64,000 nucleotides of DNA from an uncultured Gemmatimonadaceae bacterium (GTDB lineage: Bacteria > Gemmatimonadota > Gemmatimonadetes > Gemmatimonadales > Gemmatimonadaceae), in assembly GCA_963781585.1 (NCBI GenBank), contig CAWAGQ010000006.1:320001-384000 (forward strand), given 5' to 3'. This document shows, piece by piece, positions 37,918 through 46,734 of the stretch (positions within the stretch are counted from its first letter, which is position 1; every line of letters starts with the position of its first letter). Under the pieces are notes generated by a model that was not told where the DNA came from, made no database searches, and saw nothing but the letters and a program-made list of their open reading frames with translations. The translations under genes and the position numbers were made by a program.

Positions 37918-39587
37918 GGCTTTTCGCGGATTGCCGATGGGTCGCTCGCCGCGGGTCTGCGGCCTCCGGCCTCCGTCCGGTGGCCAGTGGCCGGCGGCGT
38001 CTGGCCTCCGGCCTCGGATACTGTCTCCCGGGGCTTCTGGCCGTCGCACTCGCCGCCGCCCCCGCAGCCGCGCAGGGGGGCGATTTCAGGCAGACGCTGG
38101 CCGGCGCCCGCCGGATGCTCGAGCGGGGTGACTTCCGGAACGCCGAAGGCGTCTACGCCGACGTGCTGCGGATGCTGCCGGAATCGGACAGCATCCTGCG
38201 GGCGGCCGCGCACTTCGGACGCGCGTTCGCGGCCCAGCAGCTGCTGGTCACCGGCGACACTGTGGACCGTCGCGTCGACGCCGACAGTATCGTCCGCGAC
38301 TATCGTCAGGCAGCCGCGCTCAACCGCGAGGCGTTAGGCGCCGCAGCAACCAACAACATCGCTGTCGTCCTTGGCGAACTCGGACGCCACCTCGATGCCG
38401 CGCACCTGTTCCTGGCACTGGCCGGCGTGAACGGCGCCGAGCGCTCGTCGCACTACGCGCAGGCAGGACGCGAGTTCGACCGCGGCGGCAACTCCGATTC
38501 GGCGACCTGGGCGTTTCGACGATCGCTGGAATTCGACCGGAACAACGGCGAAGCGCTGCGCGCGCTGCTGGACCTGCTGGTGCGATCGCGGCCGGCGTCG
38601 GAGGTGCTGAAGCTGACCACCCAGTACACGGATAGTGCGAGCGCACGCGATGTGAGCTCGGCCCTGGTCTCGCTCCTGGTGCGTCCCGGAGACCCCCTGG
38701 AGAAGGAAGATGCGACCGAAGCGATGGTCCAGCTGGCGCGCACCTGGCCCCGCATGCGCATGGGGACGCCGTACTTCGACGTGGCGCTCCGCGAGCCCCT
38801 CACCCAGGCCGTCGAGCGTCAACCGTCGGTGAAAGGGGGCCTGCTGGCGATGATCGAGGCGTACACGCTTCGGCCGTCGAACGCGCCGTTCCGGGAATCC
38901 GCCAGCGCGCACTGGTGGCACACCGACGACGGGCGGCCCGACGGGAAGAGTGCGGCGTGGAGCACCCTGCTGCGATCGATCGGCGACTGGCTCAACCAGC
39001 AGGGCTCGCTGGCCGTGGCGCGAAGCTACTACGAGGCCGCGGTCGGATTGCACGAGGGGTCATTGAACTCTCCGTCGATCGACCGGAGCGCCCTCCTCCC
39101 GCTTGCCCTCATCTACGCCCAGCAGGCCGACACCGCCAGCTCGTCCAGGCTCCACGATGATCTGCGGCAGTTCACGGAGATCATCTTCAGCGCGAAGGGC
39201 CAGGCATACCGGACTGGTGACCTGGAGCAGATTCGCATCTTCCACATGACCCTTGGCGCGCTTTACGCGGCGCGCGGCGACTGGACCGGTCCCGGCGCCC
39301 AGAATGCGGAGTTTCAGCTCGAGCACATGCGGCAGGCAACACGTGCTCTCGGTGAGGCCTCGTCGGCGAAGGTGACCGACCCGCCCGATCTCCTCGAGAA
39401 GCTGGCCATTCATTATAAGGGGCGTGGACGGGCCGATCTGGCGAACAGCGTGAAGCAGGACCTGGTCCGCCAGCTCCAGAGTCTGGGCCGCGCGGAAGAG
39501 GCGGCGGCCGCGGCCCGGCGCATCGATGCCGTCCGTCCGGCTCCCGAGATCCGACATCTCCTCGGCAGGGCGGAGGGCGCACGGTGA
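37914..39587 (+). CDS. Secreted TPR-repeat protein
   Basis: Signal-like LLAVALAAAPAAAQ; TPR-like helices (NNIAVVLGELGRHLDAAHLF, AFRRSLEFDRNN); ATGA and GTGA overlaps with its neighbours. Confidence 0.75.
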   Translation: MRLFADCRWVARRGSAASGLRPVASGRRRLASGLGYCLPGLLAVALAAAPAAAQGGDFRQTLAGARRMLERGDFRNAEGVYADVLRMLPESDSILRAAAHFGRAFAAQQLLVTGDTVDRRVDADSIVRDYRQAAALNREALGAAATNNIAVVLGELGRHLDAAHLFLALAGVNGAERSSHYAQAGREFDRGGNSDSATWAFRRSLEFDRNNGEALRALLDLLVRSRPASEVLKLTTQYTDSASARDVSSALVSLLVRPGDPLEKEDATEAMVQLARTWPRMRMGTPYFDVALREPLTQAVERQPSVKGGLLAMIEAYTLRPSNAPFRESASAHWWHTDDGRPDGKSAAWSTLLRSIGDWLNQQGSLAVARSYYEAAVGLHEGSLNSPSIDRSALLPLALIYAQQADTASSSRLHDDLRQFTEIIFSAKGQAYRTGDLEQIRIFHMTLGALYAARGDWTGPGAQNAEFQLEHMRQATRALGEASSAKVTDPPDLLEKLAIHYKGRGRADLANSVKQDLVRQLQSLGRAEEAAAAARRIDAVRPAPEIRHLLGRAEGAR

Positions 39588-41986
39588 GCGTCGATATCAA
39601 GGCGGCCAGCGCGGCGATGCTCGACGCCGCGCGTGGCGTCGTCGGAGGAGCGGACTTCCCGAAGGTCCGGGGATGCGTGCGGAAAACCCTGGCGGGCGAA
39701 AAGGCGTTTCTGGTGCGGGTCGCGAACGCGCGCCTCGACGGGGAGATCGACGACGATGTTCTGGCGCAGCAGCTGCAGGACGAGCGCTCGACGCTGGAAG
39801 CGGCGCTGCGCGTTTGCCTGGCTCTCACGAAGGAGCTGGCGCGCGACGTCGCCAACGCCGCGGTTGACGTTTTCGGTGCGGCGGTGGCCGACGCGTTGCG
39901 GGCGCTGGCGGTTCCGCGCGCCGGCAAACGGCGGGCCGGGCGCGCGGCGGCGGGGAAGCGCGGCACGCGTGCCGCCGCGCGCCGCGCGGCCCCGCGCCTT
40001 GCCGCCAAGGACCGGCGCCTCACCGCGCGACCCGATACGGTGGACTTCCGCGACCTGATGTACGTTCCGACACTCGTCGAGGTAGGGACGCGCATCCCGC
40101 TGGACGACTACCGGAAGGCCGGCGCGCCGATTCTCGATCAGGGGCAGGAAGGGGCGTGCACCGGGTACGGCCTCGCCACTGTGGCGCACTACCTGCTCCG
40201 CACGCGCCGCGTGGTACCCGACGCCACGACCATCAGCCCGCGCATGTTGTACGTGATGGCTCGCCGCTACGATGAATGGCCGGGTGAGGATTACGAGGGG
40301 TCGAGCTGTCGGGGGGCGATGAAGGGGTGGCACAAGCACGGGGTGTGCGCGGGGGATCTCTGGGTGCACGATCCCGGCCACCCCGACGCGACGCTCGACC
40401 AGAAGCGGTCGCTCGATGCCCAGCAGCGCCCGTTAGGCGCCTACTTCCGCGTCAACCACAAGGACCTGGTGGCGATGCACGCGGCCATCAGCGAGGTGGG
40501 CGTGCTGTACGCCAGCGCGAGCGTGCACTCCGGCTGGGACGACGTGGGCAAGGACGGCATCATTCCATTCGGCGACAAGGTGAAGATGCTGGGAGGGCAC
40601 GCGTTCGCGATCGTGGCATATGATGAGCACGGGTACTGGATCCAGAATTCGTGGGGGAAGGGGTGGGGGAGGCAGGGATTCGGCAGGATTGCCTACGAGG
40701 ACTGGATGCAGAACGGCACCGATGTGTGGGTGGCCAGGCTCGGCGTACCGATCGCGCAGACGGCGCAACGGGCGGCAACCGCGGCGGCATTCAGCGTCTC
40801 GTCGCGGGCCAAGGCGTACGCGTACGACGAAGTGCGGCCGCACGTCGTGAGTCTGGGCAACGACGGACAGCTGCGGGCCAATGGGAACATCGGGACCACA
40901 CCCTCGCAGGTGCGACAGATCTGTCGCGAGGATTTTCCGAGGATCACGGCGGGGTGGGCGAAACGCCGGCTGGTGCTGTACGCACACGGCGGGCTCGTCT
41001 CCGAAGATGCCGCCGTGCAACGCGTGGGCGACTACCGGAAAGCCATGCTCGAGGCCCAGTGCTACCCGCTGGCGTTCGTCTGGCACAGCGACTACTGGAG
41101 CACGCTCACCGACATGCTGACCGAGGCGCTGCGGCTGCGAAAGCCCGAAGGCGCGATCTCCAGCACCAAGGATTTCATGCTGGACCGCTTCGACGATGCG
41201 CTGGAGCCGCTGGCCCGGAAGCTGACCGGGAAGGCCTCCTGGGACGAGATGAAGGAGAACGCGATGACTGCCACGCGGTCGGCCAGCGGCGGTGCGCGGC
41301 TGGTGCTCGACGAAGTGGCGCGGATGGTCGCGTCCGATCCGGCGATCGAACTCCACCTGGTGGGGCACAGCGCCGGCTCGATCTTCCACGGGCCGCTGGT
41401 CCGCCGGCTCACCGATCCAGTCGGAGCGGGCGGGCTGGGGCTCTCGGTGCAGAGTTGCACGCTCTGGGCTCCGGCGTGCACCATGGCGCTGTTCGAGGAG
41501 GCCTATGCGCCGGCCATCCAGGAGGGACGCATCCGCGATTTCGCCATCTATACGCTGACCGACACGGCCGAACGCGACGACAACTGCGCCCGCGTCTACA
41601 ACAAGTCGCTGCTCTACCTGGTCTCGAATGCGTTCGAGAAACGACCCCACATTCCGATCCTCCGACCCGACGGTGAGCCGCTGCTGGGGATGGCGCGGTT
41701 CGTGGATCAGAGCCCGGTGATGAAGTCGCTGCTCCGGAATGGGCGGGTGGACTGGGTGCGGGCACCTAACGACTTGCCGGTCACCGATCGCGGTGCGTCG
41801 GCGGCGCACTCGCACGGGGGCTTCGATGATGACGGACCGACGGTGAAGTCGACCCTGGCGAGAATCTGCGGCGACGGCAAGCGGGTGCAGGATGCCCGGG
41901 GGAAGCTGGTATTCCGCCCGGGGTCCGGTCACATCCGGAGCCGGCGCGCGGAGCTCGATAGTGCCGATCGGGGCACCTCCAGATGA
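39584..41986 (+). CDS. C1A papain-like cysteine peptidase fused to an alpha/beta hydrolase, with N-terminal helical domain
   Basis: DQGQEGACTGY, GGHAFAIVAY, IQNSWG; then YAHGGL, LVGHSAG, HSHGGFD. Confidence 0.88.
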   Translation: MSVDIKAASAAMLDAARGVVGGADFPKVRGCVRKTLAGEKAFLVRVANARLDGEIDDDVLAQQLQDERSTLEAALRVCLALTKELARDVANAAVDVFGAAVADALRALAVPRAGKRRAGRAAAGKRGTRAAARRAAPRLAAKDRRLTARPDTVDFRDLMYVPTLVEVGTRIPLDDYRKAGAPILDQGQEGACTGYGLATVAHYLLRTRRVVPDATTISPRMLYVMARRYDEWPGEDYEGSSCRGAMKGWHKHGVCAGDLWVHDPGHPDATLDQKRSLDAQQRPLGAYFRVNHKDLVAMHAAISEVGVLYASASVHSGWDDVGKDGIIPFGDKVKMLGGHAFAIVAYDEHGYWIQNSWGKGWGRQGFGRIAYEDWMQNGTDVWVARLGVPIAQTAQRAATAAAFSVSSRAKAYAYDEVRPHVVSLGNDGQLRANGNIGTTPSQVRQICREDFPRITAGWAKRRLVLYAHGGLVSEDAAVQRVGDYRKAMLEAQCYPLAFVWHSDYWSTLTDMLTEALRLRKPEGAISSTKDFMLDRFDDALEPLARKLTGKASWDEMKENAMTATRSASGGARLVLDEVARMVASDPAIELHLVGHSAGSIFHGPLVRRLTDPVGAGGLGLSVQSCTLWAPACTMALFEEAYAPAIQEGRIRDFAIYTLTDTAERDDNCARVYNKSLLYLVSNAFEKRPHIPILRPDGEPLLGMARFVDQSPVMKSLLRNGRVDWVRAPNDLPVTDRGASAAHSHGGFDDDGPTVKSTLARICGDGKRVQDARGKLVFRPGSGHIRSRRAELDSADRGTSR

Positions 41987-42089
41987 GCGCGTAGGCAGCA
42001 CCAACGGGACGGCCGGACGCAGTGGCCTGCGACCGCCGTCGTCCCGAGGATGCGCTTGCCAGCGCTGAGGGGTGGTGGCACTTTCGGGC

Positions 42090-42548
42090 GTGAGCACGAC
42101 GTACATCAGTCGGCGCGTCAACGCGCCCCGCGCGAGCGTCTATCGGGCCCTGCTCGATGCGCAGGCGGTCGCAACGTGGATGGTGCCGGTCGGCATGACC
42201 AGCCAGGTGCACGAGTTCGACGCGCGCGAAGGCGGTGCGTTCCGGATCTCGCTCACCTACGATTCGCCGACCGGGACCGGCAAGACCAGTGAGCTGATCG
42301 ATACGTACCACGGCCGCTTCCTGCGGCTGGTGCCGAACCAGACGGTAGTCGAAGTGATGGAGTTCGAGACGAAGGATCCCGCACTGCGCGGGGAGATGAC
42401 GATCACCATCACGCTGGCCGAGGCGGGCGACGGCACCGAGATCCTTGCGGTACACGAGGGGGTTCCGCGCGGCGTGTCACCGGCCGACAACGAGACCGGG
42501 TGGCGGATGTCGCTCGACAAGCTCGCCGCGCTCGTCGAGGCCGACTAG
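42090..42548 (+). CDS. SRPBCC/AHA1-like domain protein
   Basis: APRASVYRAL, FDAREGGAFR, GRFLRLVPN, GWRMSLDKLAALVE. Confidence 0.9.
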   Translation: MSTTYISRRVNAPRASVYRALLDAQAVATWMVPVGMTSQVHEFDAREGGAFRISLTYDSPTGTGKTSELIDTYHGRFLRLVPNQTVVEVMEFETKDPALRGEMTITITLAEAGDGTEILAVHEGVPRGVSPADNETGWRMSLDKLAALVEAD

Positions 42549-42935
42549 ATGCCGCAACGGAGCAGCGATGAGCCTCGGCCGTGCCGCACCAGCCGGCACC
42601 GATCCATCCGTGAATCGGGATGCGCGACGTCTGGCGCCCTATCCCATCCCGTTTTTCCAGTAGTACTGAGCCGTTTGTCGCTTGTCCTGAGAGCACAATG
42701 TGCGCTGCTGCGGCGTCATCTGAAGGAAGAACGGACACGCAGGTCCGAAACCGCAGTAGCACTCGGACAACAGAACCCGCTCCGTCTCAGGCGCGGAGCC
42801 TCGAGGACCATGCAGGCCCTCCGGGTTGGTCGACGACCGTGGTGTGACGAACATTGAGACACCCCTCGGAGGGATTGAGGCGCCGAATACGGGAACTCAC
42901 AAAGCCGACGGAACTTGGCGCGACGCGCGCGGTTC

Positions 42936-43385
42936 CTACGGCTTCTGGGCCAACGAGCGCAAGTAGTCGATCACCGTCCAGCGATCTTGATCCTTCATCG
43001 AGTTTCGGGTGCTTGGCATGTCGCCCCGTCCCTCGGTGATCTTCCAGAACAGCGCACCGTCGGACTGTGACTGCACTGCTTCGGAGGACAGGTTGGCAGG
43101 CTTCTTCGACAGCGTCGATGCCTGCGTGCCGTCGCCGTGCCCAGCCTTTCCGTGACACATCGTGCAGTTGTTCTGGAATATGCCGCGGCCGCGACGGATA
43201 GCATCGGAAGTCGGCGGCACCGGGTTCGGCCGCGCGGCCGCGCGTTCAGGTGCGGTCCAGCTGGCATCCGACGGCCCCTGCGCCCACGCCGTTGCCGGCA
43301 CGAACGCGAGCGCCGCTATCGCGCCAACCAGCGCCGGCACAGCGGCGCGTACCGCGAAGACCGCGATCCTGCGAATGGCTGACAT
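42936..43385 (-). CDS. Periplasmic monoheme cytochrome c
   Basis: Signal peptide (AWAQ), CTMCH, SDGALFWKITEGRGDMP (axial Met). Confidence 0.92.
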   Translation of the reverse strand: MSAIRRIAVFAVRAAVPALVGAIAALAFVPATAWAQGPSDASWTAPERAAARPNPVPPTSDAIRRGRGIFQNNCTMCHGKAGHGDGTQASTLSKKPANLSSEAVQSQSDGALFWKITEGRGDMPSTRNSMKDQDRWTVIDYLRSLAQKP

Positions 43386-43388
43386 GGA

Positions 43389-45335
43389 TTAGCTCTCCTC
43401 TTTCAGTCGGGACATGGCAACGAGCTGCCCAACGACGTATACGTATGTGCTCCAGACGCAGAGCAGCAGGATGCATATGGTGAGCACCATCGGCAGCGGC
43501 GCACGCGGCGACCAGAGAGCCCTGGGAGCGCTCGCGCTCCAGTCGCGCGCGAGTGCGCCGCCGACCAGCGTCACCTCCACCGCGACGCCCGCCAGATCCT
43601 CCGGCGCCTGCACTTCGGCGCGGAACGTCAGCGCGCCCTTTGCGTCGCCCGGCAGGTTGTCCGGGAACTTCACCGCCGCCGAACCGTCCTTGAGCGTCTG
43701 GTCCTCACCCAGCGACATGAGGCCAAAGGTCCGCTTGACTGAAAAGGCGACGTCGGCCCCCGACACCGCCTGACGGTTCGCCGTTACCCTCGCCACCAGC
43801 ATGTCCTGTCCATCCTCGGTCGATCGCGTCAATTCGATGCGAGCTTTCGCTGCCGCGGACTGAGCGCGTGCCGTCGCCCATGGCGCGAGCGCGACGAGAC
43901 CGCCGGCGATCAGCAGCACGGTCAGCGCCGCCGGCGTCACGCGCGGCCGGAGTCGGGCGCGTGATCTGACGGGTGCGCGAACCGGCTCGCCGGCGTCCTC
44001 CTCGGTCTCCCAGATGGACAGGATGGGGAAGGCGCGGGAAAAGAGCGTGTAGAGCAGCATGAACGCCGCAAACGCGCCCGCCGTGATCGTGCACTCGACA
44101 AGGCTGGGGAAGTAGTGCGGCGTGATCCCTGCCGCTCTCGCCGGAATGAAGGGCGTCTGCATCGTCGGCACGATGATCAGGTAGCGCTTGACCCACATGC
44201 CGATGTTGATGAGCACCGAGGCCGTCATGATCGAGCCCAGCGACCGCCGGCTTGGGAACAGCAGCAGAAGGATGGGAATGAACAGCCCGAACGTCGCCCA
44301 TCCCCAGAACCACGGCCCCACCGTCGCGGTGCCCGCGAGCAGATCGAGAAGTCGCGTGTCCGTTTCCGTGGCGCCGTACCAGCTGGTGAGGTACTCGCTC
44401 AAGGTGAAGTAGCCGTAGAGCAGCGACAACGCGAGCAGAATCTTCGCCAACTTGTGAAAGTGCTCGGGCTGGAGGTAGCGCTCCAGGTGATATGCCCGAC
44501 GGAAGATGACCATTGCGGTGATGATCGCCGCCGTGCCCGAGAAGATCGCGCCGACGACGAAGTACGGCCCGAAGATCGTGCTGTGCCATCCGGGCCGCAG
44601 TGTCATGCCGAACACCCACGAGACGACCGTGTGCACCGACACTGCCACCGGAATGATGATGACGGCCATCGCCCCGAGCGCCCGCGTCAGGCGGCGCCGG
44701 TGTTGCGGCGTCTCGCGATAGCCGAGTGACAGCAGCTCGTAGAAGCGCACCAGCCGGGGCGAGCGACCCCGCTCGCGAGCGTTCCGGGCAAGAATCGGCA
44801 TGTCCGGGATCATCGCGACGTACAGGTAGAGGAAGCTGCCGGTGAGGTACGTGGTGACCGAGAGCAGGTCCCAGAGAATCGGCGACTGCAGACGCCCGAA
44901 CTCGACCAGGTACAGCACCCGATCGGGGCGACCCATGTCGATCACGACCATGCTCGCGCCGACCAGGAGCGCGATGACGGTAATCGCCTCGGCCATCCGT
45001 GTGATCGGCCGCCGCCAGCCGGCATCGGTCACTCGGAGAATCGCGGAGATCAGCGTGCCCGCGTGGCTGATGCCGATGAAGAACACGAAGTTCGTCATGT
45101 ACGTGCCCCACGACACGTAATTCCGCATGTCGGTCACACGGAGGCCGTGCGCGAGCTGGTAGATCCAGGCGACGAACGCGATGCTGCAGACGGCGAGCAG
45201 GCTCCCGATCCACAGTCGCCCGGCCTGAGTAAGCGGAGCGAGGGTCCCCAGCAGGTCGCGCTTGATGTCGTTCGCCTCGGGCCGCTCCGGCAACGTGACC
45301 TCCCCGTACGGGACGGCCACCGGCATCGTTGTCAT
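43389..45335 (-). CDS. nrfD: NrfD/PsrC (ActC-like) membrane anchor fused to a C-terminal Ig-like, membrane-tethered domain
   Basis: NFVFFIGISHAGTLISAIL, TRMAEA, DMGRPDR, SPILWD, VHTVVSW, PGWHSTIFGPYFVVGAIFSG; extra ~170 aa C-terminal; ATGA overlap with the FeS gene. Confidence 0.88.
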   Translation of the reverse strand: MTTMPVAVPYGEVTLPERPEANDIKRDLLGTLAPLTQAGRLWIGSLLAVCSIAFVAWIYQLAHGLRVTDMRNYVSWGTYMTNFVFFIGISHAGTLISAILRVTDAGWRRPITRMAEAITVIALLVGASMVVIDMGRPDRVLYLVEFGRLQSPILWDLLSVTTYLTGSFLYLYVAMIPDMPILARNARERGRSPRLVRFYELLSLGYRETPQHRRRLTRALGAMAVIIIPVAVSVHTVVSWVFGMTLRPGWHSTIFGPYFVVGAIFSGTAAIITAMVIFRRAYHLERYLQPEHFHKLAKILLALSLLYGYFTLSEYLTSWYGATETDTRLLDLLAGTATVGPWFWGWATFGLFIPILLLLFPSRRSLGSIMTASVLINIGMWVKRYLIIVPTMQTPFIPARAAGITPHYFPSLVECTITAGAFAAFMLLYTLFSRAFPILSIWETEEDAGEPVRAPVRSRARLRPRVTPAALTVLLIAGGLVALAPWATARAQSAAAKARIELTRSTEDGQDMLVARVTANRQAVSGADVAFSVKRTFGLMSLGEDQTLKDGSAAVKFPDNLPGDAKGALTFRAEVQAPEDLAGVAVEVTLVGGALARDWSASAPRALWSPRAPLPMVLTICILLLCVWSTYVYVVGQLVAMSRLKEES

Positions 45336-46267
45336 CGCTGTTCCGCTCCTCGTGGCAGGTTTCCGTTCTTGGCGCCGGGCTCGCCGGGCGCGGGATATTG
45401 GCGGTTCGTCGGCGGCAGGTAGTAGACACGCGGCTTGGTTCCGAGCTCCTCCATGTAACGGAATCCGCCCCGGTCGCGCAGCAACGTCGAAAGCCGAACC
45501 GTGTCGCCCTTGGAGTTGGTCACGGCGTCCTCGTTCTCGTCGCCATACCAGAGGGCGCCCATGGGGCACTGGCCTGCGCAATGCGGCAGCTTGCCTTCGC
45601 GCGCCATGTCCGCGCAGAAGTCGCACTTCTCGGCAGTGCCCACGCGCCGCGGAAAGCCCCACTCAGGCGAGTACCCGCGCTCGCGTGCCGCCGGTGGCTC
45701 GGCGGGCGGGGCCCAATTGAAGACGCGTACCGAGTAGGGGCACGCCGCCATGCAGAAGCGACACCCAATGCAGCGCTCGTTGTCGATCAGGACGATGCCG
45801 TCCTCCCGCTTGAACGTGGCGCCCACCGGACAGACGCGCGCGCACGGCGGGTCGTCGCAATGGAAGCAGGGGCGCGGGAAGAAATACGGCGCCGCGTCTG
45901 TCGAAGCCTGCATCTTGAATACCCGCAGGTACTCCCGATCGGCGGGAACGAAGTGACTCTTGCTGCATGCTTCGGCACACTTGCCGCAACCGTCACATGC
46001 CGCCAGGTCGATCACCATGAGCCACCGTCGTCCCGGTACCCCGCGCCGCACCTCCGCAGGTGTGGGAATCGCCGGCGCGCCCCTGGGCGTTGCTGCCAAC
46101 ACCAGCTCCCCGTCTGCGGTGAGCGCAAGCGTCGCTGCCGCACCAGGCGTGCCCGCCATCGATGGCGGGCCGCCGCCCCCTGAACGGTTCGTGGAGACCG
46201 CGCCGGCGGCCACTCCGCCCGCGGCCACCAGCCCCGCCCTCAGAAACTCCCGTCGTTGCATCTTCAT
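45332..46267 (-). CDS. Tat-exported 4Fe-4S dicluster protein (NrfC/DmsB family)
   Basis: QRREFLR Tat motif; CDGCGKCAEAC, CFHCDDPPCARVC, CIGCRFCMAAC, CDFC...CAGQC. Confidence 0.92.
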   Translation of the reverse strand: MKMQRREFLRAGLVAAGGVAAGAVSTNRSGGGGPPSMAGTPGAAATLALTADGELVLAATPRGAPAIPTPAEVRRGVPGRRWLMVIDLAACDGCGKCAEACSKSHFVPADREYLRVFKMQASTDAAPYFFPRPCFHCDDPPCARVCPVGATFKREDGIVLIDNERCIGCRFCMAACPYSVRVFNWAPPAEPPAARERGYSPEWGFPRRVGTAEKCDFCADMAREGKLPHCAGQCPMGALWYGDENEDAVTNSKGDTVRLSTLLRDRGGFRYMEELGTKPRVYYLPPTNRQYPAPGEPGAKNGNLPRGAEQR

Positions 46268-46362
46268 TGGGTGCCTGATGGCCTCCGTGAAATTCCTGGC
46301 ACGTGTCGCGACTCCACCAGCAACGTGACCGTGCGCGCTGGCAGGACCTGCGAGCCTCATGG

Positions 46363-46377
46363 GCAGGAGCGGTGCCG
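46363..46377 (-). promoter_or_regulatory. Candidate sigma-54 (-24/-12) promoter for the FeS-NrfD-cytochrome c operon
   Basis: Minus strand CGGCAC-CGCTC-CTGC (GG-N10-GC; consensus TGGCAC-N5-TTGC), about 95 bp upstream of ATG 46267. Confidence 0.55.
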
Positions 46378-46490
46378 CGCACCGGCCAGCGCAGCCCGCA
46401 TGGGCTACCTCGATGGCAAGTGACTGCGGGTAAACGCCTTGCACGCTTTCAGGCGCATCAGGCCGAGTGCATATTCCTGCGCTGGCTGCG

Positions 46491-46526
46491 CGTCCTGATG
46501 AGACACGGTATGTCGCAGTGCGACAT
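46491..46526. promoter_or_regulatory. Candidate tandem enhancer (UAS) for the NtrC-type activator
   Basis: Perfect palindrome ATGTCGCA-G-TGCGACAT (46510-46526) and a related CGTC-N7-GACA site (46491-46505), centres 20 bp apart. Confidence 0.6.
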
Positions 46527-46734
46527 GCGGGGGCCGTCGCGACGTGAGGGCGTCTCCGGCTGCTCGCCGTTGAAGTCGGGCAAGTCCTGTCGTCCTTCGC
46601 CCTACCTGCGCATCATCGTCGCGTAGTTACTCACATCTCAGTCGCGTACGCTAAGCTACTTCTATGGACGATGGGCTCCCCGACTCGATCCCTCGACGGG
46701 AGGTTCGACCGTTGTTGCTGCCGGTCTGCGTCCG

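Noticed and set aside
42549..42935. Intergenic region with small hairpins as a possible ncRNA
   Set aside because: No recognisable RNA family motif or convincing extended structure by eye; an Rfam/Infernal scan would be needed.
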